Shown piece by piece: positions 8,862-20,102 of a DNA stretch of 39,132 bases. The DNA comes from Savitreella phatthalungensis. Its lineage: Eukaryota. Below the pieces are notes generated by a model. It was not told the origin of the DNA. It searched no databases and saw nothing but the letters and a program-made list of their open reading frames with translations. The first letter of the stretch is position 1, and every line of letters starts with the position of its first letter. Position numbers and translations under genes: made by a program. Location of the stretch: assembly GCA_051599415.1 (NCBI GenBank), contig AP039705.1, positions 248,001-287,132 on the forward strand. The letters run 5' to 3'.

Positions 8862-10814
8862 CTAAGAACGTTGTGCAAGAGGTGATCGAGCCTGACCGCT
8901 TGTGGGCCGAGACCTGCGCGAAACACCTGTGCTCGAGCTCTCCTCACCGCGTGAGTAAAAGTTGCGACCTGGAGAGTCTCCCCAATTCGGCTGCGCTAGC
9001 ACGGGTGAGATGCCACCGACTTGAGGCGATCCGAAATTGCTGAGCACCGGTGAAGGTGGGCCGTGAATGCTGCCGTTCAGCTCAATGGCTGATCCTCTGC
9101 GCGCACGAGGATCTGAGGAGGCTGGAGAGGTCAGCAAGGCGGGATGCAGCCCGGGCGTTCTCCGCCCGACCTCAGAGTCGTCAGCAGCCAACTCTCGATG
9201 CGAAGCAGAGCCGTCCTCGATTTCAAGCTGCTGAAAATAGTCGAGCACTCGACCACGCTGTCCCGGTGTATAATCGTAGCCAGGTGGCGGTGTCATCAGC
9301 GGTGGTGGGGCAACATCTGCTGTGAAAGGCGGCGGAAGACTGGAAGGCTGCCGCAAAAGGTGCATTGGCCGATTTGATCCCACTGAGCTCTCTCCGCCAG
9401 CACGCTGTATGGTCGAAACCTCGTGCGTTGTTTGACCACAAGGGCATGGCAGCCGTGCATTGACGTGGACGCCTGCGTCCTGGTAGCTCGGCAGCTGTGT
9501 ACTCGCATTTGTACAGCGGCAGGAGAGCATGTGCACCGGCGAGTCGATAGAAATTTCAAAATGGCGGCGTTTTTGAGGATCATTGGGCTGTGGGTCGGCC
9601 TTGGACAAACGCATCACCACCTTGATCCAATGATGGACCTTGATGTTCTGAAAGGTCGTATCAAAATGTAATTTTTCCTTGCCGGTGGCATCGCATCCTG
9701 GCAGCTTTACGTCCAGTTCGAACTCGGTTGAGCCGGCATTGGAGGCACCGTCGATGTTACCAAGAAGCGACTCATGAGCACCTCCGCTCACACCGGCATT
9801 TTTCTCCAGCAGCAGAATCTTCCTCGTGGGCTCGAGTCGGTGAACCTTCTTGTTCTTGCACCAGTACTCGACTGTCTCTGTCACAAACACCTTGATGCGA
9901 TGTACACGCACTTTCGCGAGGGGCGTCAACTTGAAGGCGATAGGTATCTTCGATCCGAGCGGAAAGGATTTTCCGGAGATAATGATATCGTAGTGCAATT
10001 GGTCCTCCCAATTGCGAGAAATCGCGATCGGCTCGGAGGACTCCATGTTGGCCTCGCCCGGCGTGCGTATCAGCTCGACAGCCATCGATCCTGCAAGATT
10101 AGACTTAAATGCGCCTGCCCGATCGATCGTCGCGCGTAGCTCGTAGAAGACCCGACCCATATCACAGGTGATACTCTCGGGCAAGAAACTGGGAATTGGT
10201 AGCTCGAAGTTGTAGAGATATTCACCGGCGGCGAACAATCTGTAGCCCTTCATCTGCGTTGTAGCCCCGTCATTCTTGCTGAAGGATTTAGCTGACGCAA
10301 AGGGAAGGAGGCCCGAACCGCCAGCGAGAGACGCTCTGTCGAAAGAAGCACTCGGACGGATCGCGTGTGAATTCTCGGCGATGTCGTTGCCTATCGTAGA
10401 GGGAATGCTGCCGTCATACGACCGGAATTCAGCAGCTCCATGGGAGTGCTCGTGAATCGGGAACTGTGCATTGAAAAAGGTCCAAGTATGGTTCATCAGC
10501 TCCTTCTCTTCCCAGAACTCTTGTTTCTTCGGAGGAATTCCTTCGGGCCATTCTGTGCGCGATTTGCCAACAAACTGCAAGGAAATCGCTTTGATCTTTG
10601 AAGGCTTGTTGAGCTTCACCATGAGTGTTCCGCGTAACATTGTAGGTCGCTCCGTCGGCGGCTCGTGTGTATCAAATCCGCCTGTGAGAAAGAGCACCGG
10701 CTCAGCAAGGGATATGCTCAATGAAGCTGCCTGACTTGAGCCGCTCGTTGCAAGCATCTTCTGCGCAATGAGAGGCGGTGGCGGGGTGCCAGCCGTCGTC
10801 ATGCCCTCCGACAT
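8862..10814 (-). CDS. Alpha-arrestin / arrestin-related trafficking adaptor (Aly1/Aly2-like)
   Basis: Arrestin N/C signatures (LAEPVLFL, GKSRTEWPEGIPP, AGEYLYNFELPI, SRNWEDQLHYDIIISGK, HWIKVVMRLS, RRHFEISIDSP) plus PY motifs LPSY and PPGY. Confidence 0.9.
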   Translation of the reverse strand: MSEGMTTAGTPPPPLIAQKMLATSGSSQAASLSISLAEPVLFLTGGFDTHEPPTERPTMLRGTLMVKLNKPSKIKAISLQFVGKSRTEWPEGIPPKKQEFWEEKELMNHTWTFFNAQFPIHEHSHGAAEFRSYDGSIPSTIGNDIAENSHAIRPSASFDRASLAGGSGLLPFASAKSFSKNDGATTQMKGYRLFAAGEYLYNFELPIPSFLPESITCDMGRVFYELRATIDRAGAFKSNLAGSMAVELIRTPGEANMESSEPIAISRNWEDQLHYDIIISGKSFPLGSKIPIAFKLTPLAKVRVHRIKVFVTETVEYWCKNKKVHRLEPTRKILLLEKNAGVSGGAHESLLGNIDGASNAGSTEFELDVKLPGCDATGKEKLHFDTTFQNIKVHHWIKVVMRLSKADPQPNDPQKRRHFEISIDSPVHMLSCRCTNASTQLPSYQDAGVHVNARLPCPCGQTTHEVSTIQRAGGESSVGSNRPMHLLRQPSSLPPPFTADVAPPPLMTPPPGYDYTPGQRGRVLDYFQQLEIEDGSASHRELAADDSEVGRRTPGLHPALLTSPASSDPRARRGSAIELNGSIHGPPSPVLSNFGSPQVGGISPVLAQPNWGDSPGRNFYSRGEESSSTGVSRRSRPTSGQARSPLAQRS

Positions 10815-11816
10815 GCGCCCCAGAAAAGCTCAAAGGCCTGTATCGATGTCCAAAGGATCGATATAGGACTACCTCTGTGCGACACGCCAGCAGTCTCTGC
10901 GTCCAACACGCTGTCGAACGAGCGCAAGTTTCAGCGCACATCCCGGACATTACATCAAATTTGTCTCTCCGTTACCGCGCACTGATTGATTGCTCTCAGA
11001 TTAGTGCCGGCTTGGACTAGTCAGATTGACCCACTTTAGTTCAGGTGATTTTCAGGTTCTTTTGGCCGCCACCACTCTCGACCAGGATGTAAAGATCTCC
11101 TGGTCAAATTGACAGAGCGGCAACAGTTTCTAAGCTGCTCTGAATTGATTATTTTCACCGTGCAAATAATTGGAGATCCAGGAGAGTGAGCTCTAAATTT
11201 GATACGCAACGACTGATCTTGGGCACTCATTCGGACCGTGACGATGCATCAACGTCTTTTGGCAGGCTTGGCCTACCTGGCTCACAGAGTTCGGTGTCAC
11301 GATCAGCCACACAGCGATTGAGCCCAATAACGGAGGCGGGCAAGGCGCTGAAACCATTCCAGAGCCACAAGTCATGATGGCTGCAAAAAGGCCTGTTACA
11401 AGCAGCTAGAGTAAGATGGAGGAAGGAGCCTTGCATTTCATTTCAACGCGTCAGGATGCCGGATAGAACAGCACTACACCTTGTGTCAGGCATCTCTGCA
11501 TGACAAATGTCTTCCTCGTACGCGGGAAATCTTTAGATGTGCATACTCGGCAATCATTGCCAACTTCTACAATAACAATCGCTGCTCAACCGGCCACAGT
11601 TTGTGAGCTTGATGCAGACACTGCTAAGGCGTCCAATCACCTGCTCGGCATTGTTCGGATGCGACGCAAGCGGCGTTTAGAGAATTCGAGTCTGGTCATA
11701 GCTCAAGATAGACGAGTTGATTCAGATCAACAGCTATGACTCAAGGTATCGCCTAGGCGCGACGCACGTCGTGAATGTGTCTTGCCATTCGATCCTATAA
11801 GGCTAGATTCAGCATA

Positions 11817-12348
11817 TCATTTGCGATCTCCAGGAAAGCCTTGCGACTGGCTCGCAGGGTGATCGTTGTCGAGCGTGCTGTTACGCGTCAGTTCGATGCT
11901 ATTTCATCATGTGTGCGGAATCCGCTTACCTATTCTTGGCAGTGCGATCGAGTGCATCGTTCTGCGTGGCGTGCCCTGGATGATGAGCTTCTCGCGAAGA
12001 GACGCCTCCGATCGGTTGACCAATACTGCTGGTAAAGTCTGCAGATGTAGCTCCCCGCAACGTGGACTCCGCGTTGCCTCCAATAGCGGCGCCTGTGGCC
12101 GAATTGACCGTACGCTGAGCAGCGTCCTGCTCGGGATTGACCACGACAGAGCCCGCCGGATGACTCATCTTGTCCGCTACCGGCTTCACTTCGACTTCAT
12201 TGTCCCGCGCGCTTGATGCAGGTGACTGCGTGCGGACTTTGTTATGACCTGTGTCCACGTTCTGGTCGCCAAAATCCTGGCGGGCCGCACTAGTGGAGAC
12301 CGGCTGGCTATTTGGGATAGCAGACGTGTTGATTTTTGACTCAGCCAT
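11817..12348 (-). CDS. Small hydrophilic fungal protein (two exons: 12348-11930, 11877-11817)
   Basis: The ORF stop TAA lies inside a donor GTAAGC. A 52-nt intron 11929-11878 has a CTGAC branch site and CAG acceptor; splicing adds STLDNDHPASQSQGFPGDRK*. The motif TLRGATSAD...G.P..G.SS.E.HH resembles an uncharacterised fungal hydrophilic family. Confidence 0.65.
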
Positions 12349-12787
12349 GAAGACACGCTTGATGTTTCTATGACTTGGTAGAAGCGCCTATTATATTTCG
12401 TGTATTTTCCTTGACGTCATGTGCGTCAGAGCGCTGAGCTCATATAAGTGGCGAGTCAACCTGAGTACGAGCGCAGACGTGTATAATGATGTGGGGGCAC
12501 CTAAAGCGCGATGAAAGATATGCATACAGCCGCGTAGATCGGTGTAGTCGAGCGCGCTACGATTGCACTTACCGAGAAGCTTACTACTCGATTCAGCATA
12601 GTGTTCGCCCGGTGCAAAGATCATCAACCGTGACCGCGCGACCTAAAAGCTGGAGACTATGGACCTTGCTAGAATCGTCATTTATTCACCATGCAGCCAC
12701 ATCATCGACAGTATCGACAATCGATCAGCGTGTCATTCAGCTCGTGGCTGATTCCAATGCCGTCCGTGACCGGTATCGAAGGCGACA

Positions 12788-14425
12788 TCAAGATTGATTC
12801 GCTATGAGAACTCTCAAACACTCCTCAACAGCACTGAGATCTCCCAAAAGTCCGATGTGTCCGCGCTCTGTGATTTGGTCATGGAGAATCGGGAACCTTT
12901 CATTACACATTCCCGCTGTCAGGGGGGTCATGTTGCGGAGATCAGCGGACTTGTAGGCAACTACCCCATCTCCCGGGGTTGTGATGAAGTGGTGGTAGTC
13001 GCCATTCCGAATACCATCACGCCCGCCCACACGACATCCTCGCACCGTTGGCGTCGAAGCGCTTCGCAGAATCGCGATGGGAGGATATTTGACATCGTCG
13101 CGAAAATCGCACTCGCGTTTGTAACGCTTGGTCGCCCGCAAAATGCGGGCAAGATATGCCAGATTGTCTTTCATAGTCGTTTCGGAAATATGCTCGTGCT
13201 GATGCGGGCCGTGGCCGTCAAGTCCGGGGCCGATCCCACCGCTTGCAAGCTGACCTTCAACATCGAATGCCTCGCCGTGATCGTGATGTGTCCGAGATAC
13301 CTCTGGTGATAGGTGGTATGTGATCCAGGAAGCCTCGTCAAATAAGTCCACTGGCAGCTCTTTACCAGTGTTGCTATCAACAAAACATCTTTGATGAGCT
13401 GGCAAGAGTAGGAATGAAGAGCGCATCGTGAAATTAGCCCTCGCATTGAGTATATCCTTGTTGAGCAGGACATCGTCTCCGTAGCGAAACGGACCAAGAA
13501 TGTTCGGACAACCATCGAAAGGAGTGCCTGCAAACAGGACCCCATCAAACAGGTCTGGTCGTCGATTCATTGCATGCAAGGCTATCAGTCCCCCAAGGGA
13601 ATGCGCAATGACGAGCTTGCGCCGTCCTGACAGGCTGTCGAGAAAGCGTTCTAGCTGTTCTGACAGATGATGTCCGGAGAGACGCCAATCATATCCAAAT
13701 TCATGCACACGACAATGACCGAGCTCTTCCTGCTGCCGAAGTCGTCGAAGTAATCTCCGCGCAATATCGATTGGGCCAATATGCGCGAGCATACCGCCTG
13801 GAATGATGTGATCGGTCGCATACTGCTCAGCTGCCTCGTTCAACGGAAGCTCAAGCTCGACCTTTCGCCATCCCATTCCCACCTTAATCGGTACCCATAG
13901 CATGCGTCCGTCTGTAGCGCTGCGCAAAATACTTCCTCTGTAGCCTCCCATGACGACAATATCTATATTGAGGGCCTGACACCCATCAAGGCCAGCGAAA
14001 CATGACGGAGAGGTCGATGGGAGCCCGATACCGTCCAAGATGGCGCGTAATCGATTGTTACCCAGGGTTCTGCCTGTCGACAGACTCTCGACCTCAAGAC
14101 TCGTGAGTGAACCATAATTGCCCTCACCTCGCTGCAATGGCGGACGTTGCAACGCTTCATGGTCATCCCCATCGTTACCGAAGAAAGGTAAGCTGAAGCG
14201 AAGCCGGCGTCTGTTGAGCCTAGAGATTGATGCGCGATCGATTGCCGATGGGCCAGGCTCAGAAGTCGAGCGCTGCCGCCGAGTCAGCTGTTCCTCATTC
14301 CCTTGCGGCAACAGCCTATCCCTGATGACCGAGATGAAAAGAGTCGCAGGCTTACTTGCTATACTGAAGGCGCGTGCCCGTAGTGTACGCAAGGCTCCTT
14401 GGTCGTTTACTGCCTCCTGCACCAT
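12788..14425 (-). CDS. LCAT/PDAT-like alpha/beta hydrolase (YJR098C-like)
   Basis: Motifs VVMGGYRGSIL, FGYDWRLS, nucleophile elbow IAHSLGG, GTPF, GDGVV and GHIGLLGD. Confidence 0.8.
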   Translation of the reverse strand: MVQEAVNDQGALRTLRARAFSIASKPATLFISVIRDRLLPQGNEEQLTRRQRSTSEPGPSAIDRASISRLNRRRLRFSLPFFGNDGDDHEALQRPPLQRGEGNYGSLTSLEVESLSTGRTLGNNRLRAILDGIGLPSTSPSCFAGLDGCQALNIDIVVMGGYRGSILRSATDGRMLWVPIKVGMGWRKVELELPLNEAAEQYATDHIIPGGMLAHIGPIDIARRLLRRLRQQEELGHCRVHEFGYDWRLSGHHLSEQLERFLDSLSGRRKLVIAHSLGGLIALHAMNRRPDLFDGVLFAGTPFDGCPNILGPFRYGDDVLLNKDILNARANFTMRSSFLLLPAHQRCFVDSNTGKELPVDLFDEASWITYHLSPEVSRTHHDHGEAFDVEGQLASGGIGPGLDGHGPHQHEHISETTMKDNLAYLARILRATKRYKRECDFRDDVKYPPIAILRSASTPTVRGCRVGGRDGIRNGDYHHFITTPGDGVVAYKSADLRNMTPLTAGMCNERFPILHDQITERGHIGLLGDLSAVEECLRVLIANQS

Positions 14426-14550
14426 ATAGCGCGCCGCAGCCCGCTAGATTCCTGGCCGAGCCGGAAAATTTCGGTTGACGTCATGCACAAACATGCTACA
14501 TGTGTTCACGAGGACTTTTGACCAACGAGCACGAGAAGCGCAGATAGAAT

Positions 14551-15504
14551 ATGGCAGACTCAGGCCTTCCAACGTACGAGCAAAGCGTGTCAGGGCCGCC
14601 GAAGAGTCTCCCTAGCGAGAAGCATGCAGGCTCGATTGGAGAAAAGGCGCTCAAGATTTGGCACGCTCCGTCCGCCAATAGTCTAATTACCGCTAGTGAC
14701 GAGACGACTCCGGTCTACTGCGTAGTCGACTCTCGTGCTCCTGGTGAGGAAGAACAGAGAGCGCGCTCTTTGGACGCACAGCACAAGTACGAATCCTATG
14801 TCGCCCAATTGCGGCGTGAGGGCAAACCACTCCCCACTCAGATTCAGAACATGGAGATCATGCGGGGGCAGCACGGTCTCAATTCTTTCCCAGCTCAAGG
14901 AATGACCTTTCAGGAGCAACTCCGTCAGGAGCGAGCAGCGCCATTTGCAACAGGTGCATTTGCGCAGCCATCCGAGTTCTGGACGCAGGAGGTACACCGG
15001 GAGGCAGATCGCACCTCAGCCCCGATCGCATCGATCCGCAGACATGTCTCGACGCGGTCGGATGTGTCAATCACGCTTCACGGCCAGCAGACGGGCATTC
15101 GCCAGCACGCTGGTCTGCCCCATCGGAAATACGAATTTGAATGGCAGGGCGAGCTATACACATGGAAACGAACACGTTCTGCTCCCCACACCTCACGACT
15201 CGATTCTGGAAACTATGTGTGCAAGGCCAAAGACAGCACAATATTGGCATATTTGACTTCCGAAGACGACCGTTGTGATGGCACTTTGTACATTGAGGAG
15301 AGCACGCTTGAGCGCGATATACTTGATCTGATCGTGGTCACAGGATATGTCATGCGTGACTTGGATGATGAGCGCCGCAATCCTGGCTATCTCCGATACG
15401 GCTCTTCCGCCTATGGCTATGGCTATGGACCATACGCAGGACCCTACGCAGGTGGCCTCGGCTTTGTGCCGATTTTCCCAGCCTTTCCATTTTTCCTTTT
15501 CTAG
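14551..15504 (+). CDS. Uncharacterised protein with Tubby-C/LURP-like (DUF6593-type) region
   Basis: 317-aa ORF with an N-terminal LPTY, a YEFEWQGELYTWK...LDLIVVTG pattern and a Gly/Tyr-rich hydrophobic tail. The family assignment is tentative. Confidence 0.6.
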   Translation: MADSGLPTYEQSVSGPPKSLPSEKHAGSIGEKALKIWHAPSANSLITASDETTPVYCVVDSRAPGEEEQRARSLDAQHKYESYVAQLRREGKPLPTQIQNMEIMRGQHGLNSFPAQGMTFQEQLRQERAAPFATGAFAQPSEFWTQEVHREADRTSAPIASIRRHVSTRSDVSITLHGQQTGIRQHAGLPHRKYEFEWQGELYTWKRTRSAPHTSRLDSGNYVCKAKDSTILAYLTSEDDRCDGTLYIEESTLERDILDLIVVTGYVMRDLDDERRNPGYLRYGSSAYGYGYGPYAGPYAGGLGFVPIFPAFPFFLF

Positions 15505-17150
15505 ATTGCAATCGTCAAGGAAGTCTTACCGCGAGAGCAGCACGACAACATCCAGCCCGCACTCATCTCGGCAGCCGTCAAACCAGAGCCGCGGGGGTCC
15601 ACCTCGCCAGAAGTCACCATGACGCGACAGGCGCCACAGTTGCCGACCCTGCACGAACTGTCAACGTCCACTCCGGCCTTGACCAGGATATCGAGCAGGG
15701 AATCTCGCTCCCCAACGTGAAACATTTGCCCGTTCAGTACAATGTCGAATGGATCGCCGCCAAGCTCGGCGCTTTCAAAGGATTCGATATGAATCTCACC
15801 ACTTTCCATACCTCGAGATAGTGCCTTGACCTCCGAGACCATGCGCTCGGGGCCGCAGACAAGGACTTGAGAGTTCCAAGGCCTTTTGCGTAATATCTCG
15901 GCAAGATCGATCCGTTCATGCTTGTCGCTGCTATATAAAAAGCACGAGCCAGTCTGTTGAGCGCCGATGTGATTCGAGAGCTTCGCTGATGGTAGATGTC
16001 GCAAGAATGCATGGTCGTCTGAGGTGCGAGCTGCGTAGTGCACCTCGAAGCTCTGGTTCGCTCGAGCAAGGTGTCGAAAGTAGGCTGTAAAAGCGGTCAC
16101 GCCGACTCCACCGACGACAAATATCCGATGGCTCACATCAGATGAATGCGTCAAGGTAGCATCGAAATTGTTCACTATCAAGTCGTCACCAATCATCAGC
16201 TGTTCGTGAATATATCTGCTTGCGCCCTGCCCAGTCTCCGCCATTGCGACACCCAGTATGAAGCGATTCCTATCGCCTTCAACAACAGAGTAATTTCTGC
16301 ACATGCCATTCGGAAGTCTAATGTTGGCAAATGAGCACGGCGCCAGCTGCGCCGATGTGGAGGATGAGCGTGCTTCAAGCTCAATCGCAAGTATCCGCTT
16401 AGTCTCCCGGATTAAGCTTATGACTTTATATTTGGATGGTCGTGATTTGGTCCGTGCCTTGCCGCGCTCTAGCTCCTTCTGCTTGTTCAGCAGATCGCGG
16501 CGCGATTCCTTGCCGAGAGCCACGAAATTCATAGCTGCTCTGATGGCCTCGACGTCGGAGGTCTCCCTGTGTATCAAATGATGCAACCGACTGATCGAAG
16601 GTGCGGCGTCAATCCTTGACACAATGGTCAAACGCATTCCCGCGCGGACTTTCCCTGGTCGCCGAACGCGGTAATACCATCCTGTTCGATTGTGCTTGTG
16701 CGTTTGGCCCGCAAGATTGGCGATCGCGAAGCGGGTATTCAGTTTGAAGCAGGGCTGTCGTGGTATACTGACCTGCAGCAATGCGCAAGCGGGATCTGCG
16801 GGGTCGCCGATGGCAATAATATCTCCGATACATACATTGTCCTCGTTCCAGCCTGTTGCAACAAAATTTTCGCCGAAGCCCCCTGGCTGAAAGGCATTTG
16901 CCTCTGCCTGGTCAGGGTATTTAGCACGCCAGAAGCTATAATGGTCGGCGCAGTACTGGTGAATCGCCTTGTCAGGACCGCCGTGGAACGTCAGATCATG
17001 CTCATCCGCATCTAAGCCGGTCCAGTCGAGTGAGACGAGCTCATCCCGTGGCAGTTTGAAAATACCAGATTGGACACCGAGAGAGCCCAATGGGCGCATT
17101 CGTGACGTTCGCAGCTCGTCGAGACGAGTCGAGGGAGGAATGAATGTCAT
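15501..17150 (-). CDS. MOSC (YiiM-like) domain fused to PDR-type FAD/NAD reductase and 2Fe-2S ferredoxin
   Basis: MOSC motifs HGGPDKAIHQY, FGENF, PRQPCFKLN and RTGWYYRV..PG. Reductase motifs RNYSV, GGVGVTAF and CGP. Ferredoxin motif SSCRVGNCGAC...SCC. Confidence 0.9.
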   Translation of the reverse strand: MTFIPPSTRLDELRTSRMRPLGSLGVQSGIFKLPRDELVSLDWTGLDADEHDLTFHGGPDKAIHQYCADHYSFWRAKYPDQAEANAFQPGGFGENFVATGWNEDNVCIGDIIAIGDPADPACALLQVSIPRQPCFKLNTRFAIANLAGQTHKHNRTGWYYRVRRPGKVRAGMRLTIVSRIDAAPSISRLHHLIHRETSDVEAIRAAMNFVALGKESRRDLLNKQKELERGKARTKSRPSKYKVISLIRETKRILAIELEARSSSTSAQLAPCSFANIRLPNGMCRNYSVVEGDRNRFILGVAMAETGQGASRYIHEQLMIGDDLIVNNFDATLTHSSDVSHRIFVVGGVGVTAFTAYFRHLARANQSFEVHYAARTSDDHAFLRHLPSAKLSNHIGAQQTGSCFLYSSDKHERIDLAEILRKRPWNSQVLVCGPERMVSEVKALSRGMESGEIHIESFESAELGGDPFDIVLNGQMFHVGERDSLLDILVKAGVDVDSSCRVGNCGACRVMVTSGEVDPRGSGLTAAEMSAGWMLSCCSRGKTSLTIAI

Positions 17151-17862
17151 GCTGGGCCTTCGAGATGGACATACTGGAGGTTTATGAGAAGTGCAATCTG
17201 CGTATCCCTCTCGAGGCCGTGCGTTGCTTGAGTGGAGTCTAGAACGGCCATGTCATGTGTTTTCCACGTGTAGAAGCGGATTGTTTCTGTGCTGTCACGT
17301 TCTCTAATCTCAACATAGAAATGCGAGCATCTCATTCGTCATTCTTCTCTGAAATCATGAGCTTTGCAGATTGAATCGCGCGTTCGATTCGTGCCAATTG
17401 ATCAATCACAAGGTCAATCGACTGTAGGCCATGGTACTGGCACAAAATTCCCTGTGATATATATAACTCGGCGAGGGTTTGATCTCATTTTGGTCCAGAT
17501 TGACGTCAGTATCGCTGATTCATCTCGTGCAATTAACCCCATAAAACAAGCGAGCAGATAAGCACACGACGACATTACTTGGCACGTTTGCAAATAGACA
17601 CGCTAGTCAAATCGACCCGCAAATCGAGATGTCTGGTATCGCATCGACCCCGGAGGGTAGGCATACGAGACATGTTTCTGTCTTTCACTAACGAGTGTAG
17701 GGCCACAAGGCCACGGCTCAAAGCAGAGCCAGAACGACAACCACGGTGAAGATGCCCAGACTGGCCTTGGAGGCAGTGCATCAGGAGCGCCAAAACCGTC
17801 CGAAGAGAATCTCTCCCATGACAAACATAATTCTGGCGTAGCCGGGGGCAAATAGATCGAGT

Positions 17863-18669
17863 CTATAAGCTATCCTGACTGTTAAGCACACGACCTTCCA
17901 TGCCTCCCTCCACCATGATACATTGTCCGGTGATATGACCAGCGAGGGGTGATGAGAGAAAGAGAATGACGTTGACAACGTCATCCGGGGTGGCGATCTT
18001 ACGCAACGGCGTAGTACCCAAAGCCTGGAAGCGGGTTAGCGGGTCACGCATCGATGCCTCGGCCATCGGCGTCAAAATCCACCCCGGAGCAACCGCATTG
18101 ACGCGTCCCTGATGGTGTTTCCTGACGATCTCGTTCTTGAGAGACAACGTGAAGCCGTATTGCAGGGCACTCTTTGATGATGCATAATCAACGTGCTGGG
18201 CCTCGCCGAATTTACCCGCAGTGGAACCCACAATCGTGATCGATGGTGATCGACAAGCTGCTTTGTCAAGCTGTCTAAAGTAGGCTCGGGCGACTAGGAA
18301 ACTGCCTGTGAGATTGACGTCGATTGTGTCCCTCCATTCTCCGAGCGTCATTTCCTCGATAGGAATGTCTTGAGAGCGGAATACGCCGTGGTTCAGTATG
18401 AGAATGTCGACGGGAAGTCCTGTGAATAGCTCCGAGACCTGTCGCTCGTCGGTCACATCAGTCTGCACGATACGTAAAGCTTCGCAGGTGAGCTCTCTTA
18501 AACTTTCGAGGTTGCGATTCACCTGTGCGGTTACACGGCAGCCGGCCTCCAAAAATTTGCGAACGGCCACACTGCCAACGCCGCCAGAAGCGCCTGCGGT
18601 CAGTCGCAGTTTTCAAGCTTATAAAGTGCACTTACCGGTGACAAGAACGTGAGCACCGCCGAGCTCCAT
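17863..18669 (-). CDS. Short-chain dehydrogenase/reductase (two exons)
   Basis: A 42-nt intron 18635-18594 (GTAAGT...CTGAC...CAG) restores VLVTG|ASGGVG. Also YASSK and RVNAVAPGW. Further in-frame ATGs exist upstream (18675, 18693, 18702). Confidence 0.88.
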
Positions 18670-18831
18670 CTGCATTCCTGCCAAGAGAACCATACGTCCC
18701 ATTTAGGTCAACAAAATCGCATTCCACACTCGTACGATCAATCGATCACCGGTACGGTCTGAATCGTGGAACAAATCAGGTTATTAACAATTGCACCGTT
18801 CAGCCTTCAGACAATCGGGAAAGCATCGAGG

Positions 18832-19569
18832 ATGATCTCATCTCTGGCTAAGACCTTGGCCGTTTTACTTCTCCTGTGGTCTGTGGCTGATCAATACGTC
18901 GACCGCCTTTTCGTCTTTGATCATGCGAAACTCCAGGAGCTGTCACGGGCCTCGATCAGTCTGCACGGCAACGACACGAGCGCCCTATTGACACATCTTA
19001 CAAGAAGCTTGCGTGAGGAGTACGGAAATGCAGTAGTCGAATGGTCGAAAGAGGACTGGTTCTTCAATAATGCCGGCGGGGCGATGGTGAGCTCATAATT
19101 CTTGCCTGTTCCACCGAGACTAATCCCCAGGGTACGATGGTCATCTTGCATGCCTCGGTGACGGAATATCTTATCTTCTTCGGAACCGCACTTGAAACGG
19201 AAGGACATTCCGGTGTGCACATGGCCGACGATTACTTCACTATTCTCCACGGAGAACAGCACGCCGCCTATCCCGGGGACTTGAGACCGACAGTCTATCG
19301 GCCGGGGGATCAGAACCATTTGCGGCGTGGCGACGCAATCCAATATGCTATGCCAACGACGTGCTTTGCTCTCGAGCTCGCACAAGGCTGGATACCGGCT
19401 ATGCTCCCATTTGGTACGTCCTCGCGTTCAAAAACATTTTATAGGTCGTTCTGACTCAAAAGGCTTCGCGGACACATTCAGCAGTACTCTAGACTGGTAT
19501 AACCTCTACAAAACAGTAAAGCTGACCGCAATCAATATGGTTGTGCAGACAATGCGCGGAAAGATTTAG
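18832..19569 (+). CDS. ERG2: C-8 sterol isomerase (sigma-1 receptor family), three exons
   Basis: Motifs [44 protein letters not shown] and [20 protein letters not shown]. Introns at 19087-19130 (GTGAGC..CTAAT..CAG) and 19414-19462 (GTACGT..CTGAC..AAG). Confidence 0.95.
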
Positions 19570-20102
19570 GGGAACCACGCTTCCCTCCGGCAGTCCAGAC
19601 GAAAGGCATCTCGCAATCAGCAATCGTGCTGCTCAGAAGCCAGCACCGTCGCGCATTGATGTACGCAGCACAGCTCATCGTGGTTGCAGAGCCGTTGCGG
19701 ACGAAGACGTAATCAAGCTCAGAGTAGACAGATATCACAAGGTAAAGGTAATTCATGACCATTAGGTCGCGCGCGCATCATGAGTATTCCATGGGGACAA
19801 TGCCTGGCTTCAAGGAAGCGGCTCCACATGTCGAGCTGGCCGGATCACAAGCCAAGATTCGTGAGACCGACTGGTTGAAGTGAGTGAGAAAATACTACCA
19901 GCTGAATGCAAGAATCGCTCTCGCAATGGCAATGAGCTGAGTATAGGCTCTGACAGGCTCGAGCGTCGCAAGCGAATCAATCTTCCAATGTCAAGGGTGA
20001 CCGGGCCTAACATCGTGACAGATCAGTATTCTCCGAAAGATCAGGGTTCGACCCGCAAGCTACCAGTGCTCGTGTGCAATGCAATGTTTGTTGCGTCTTT
20101 CT

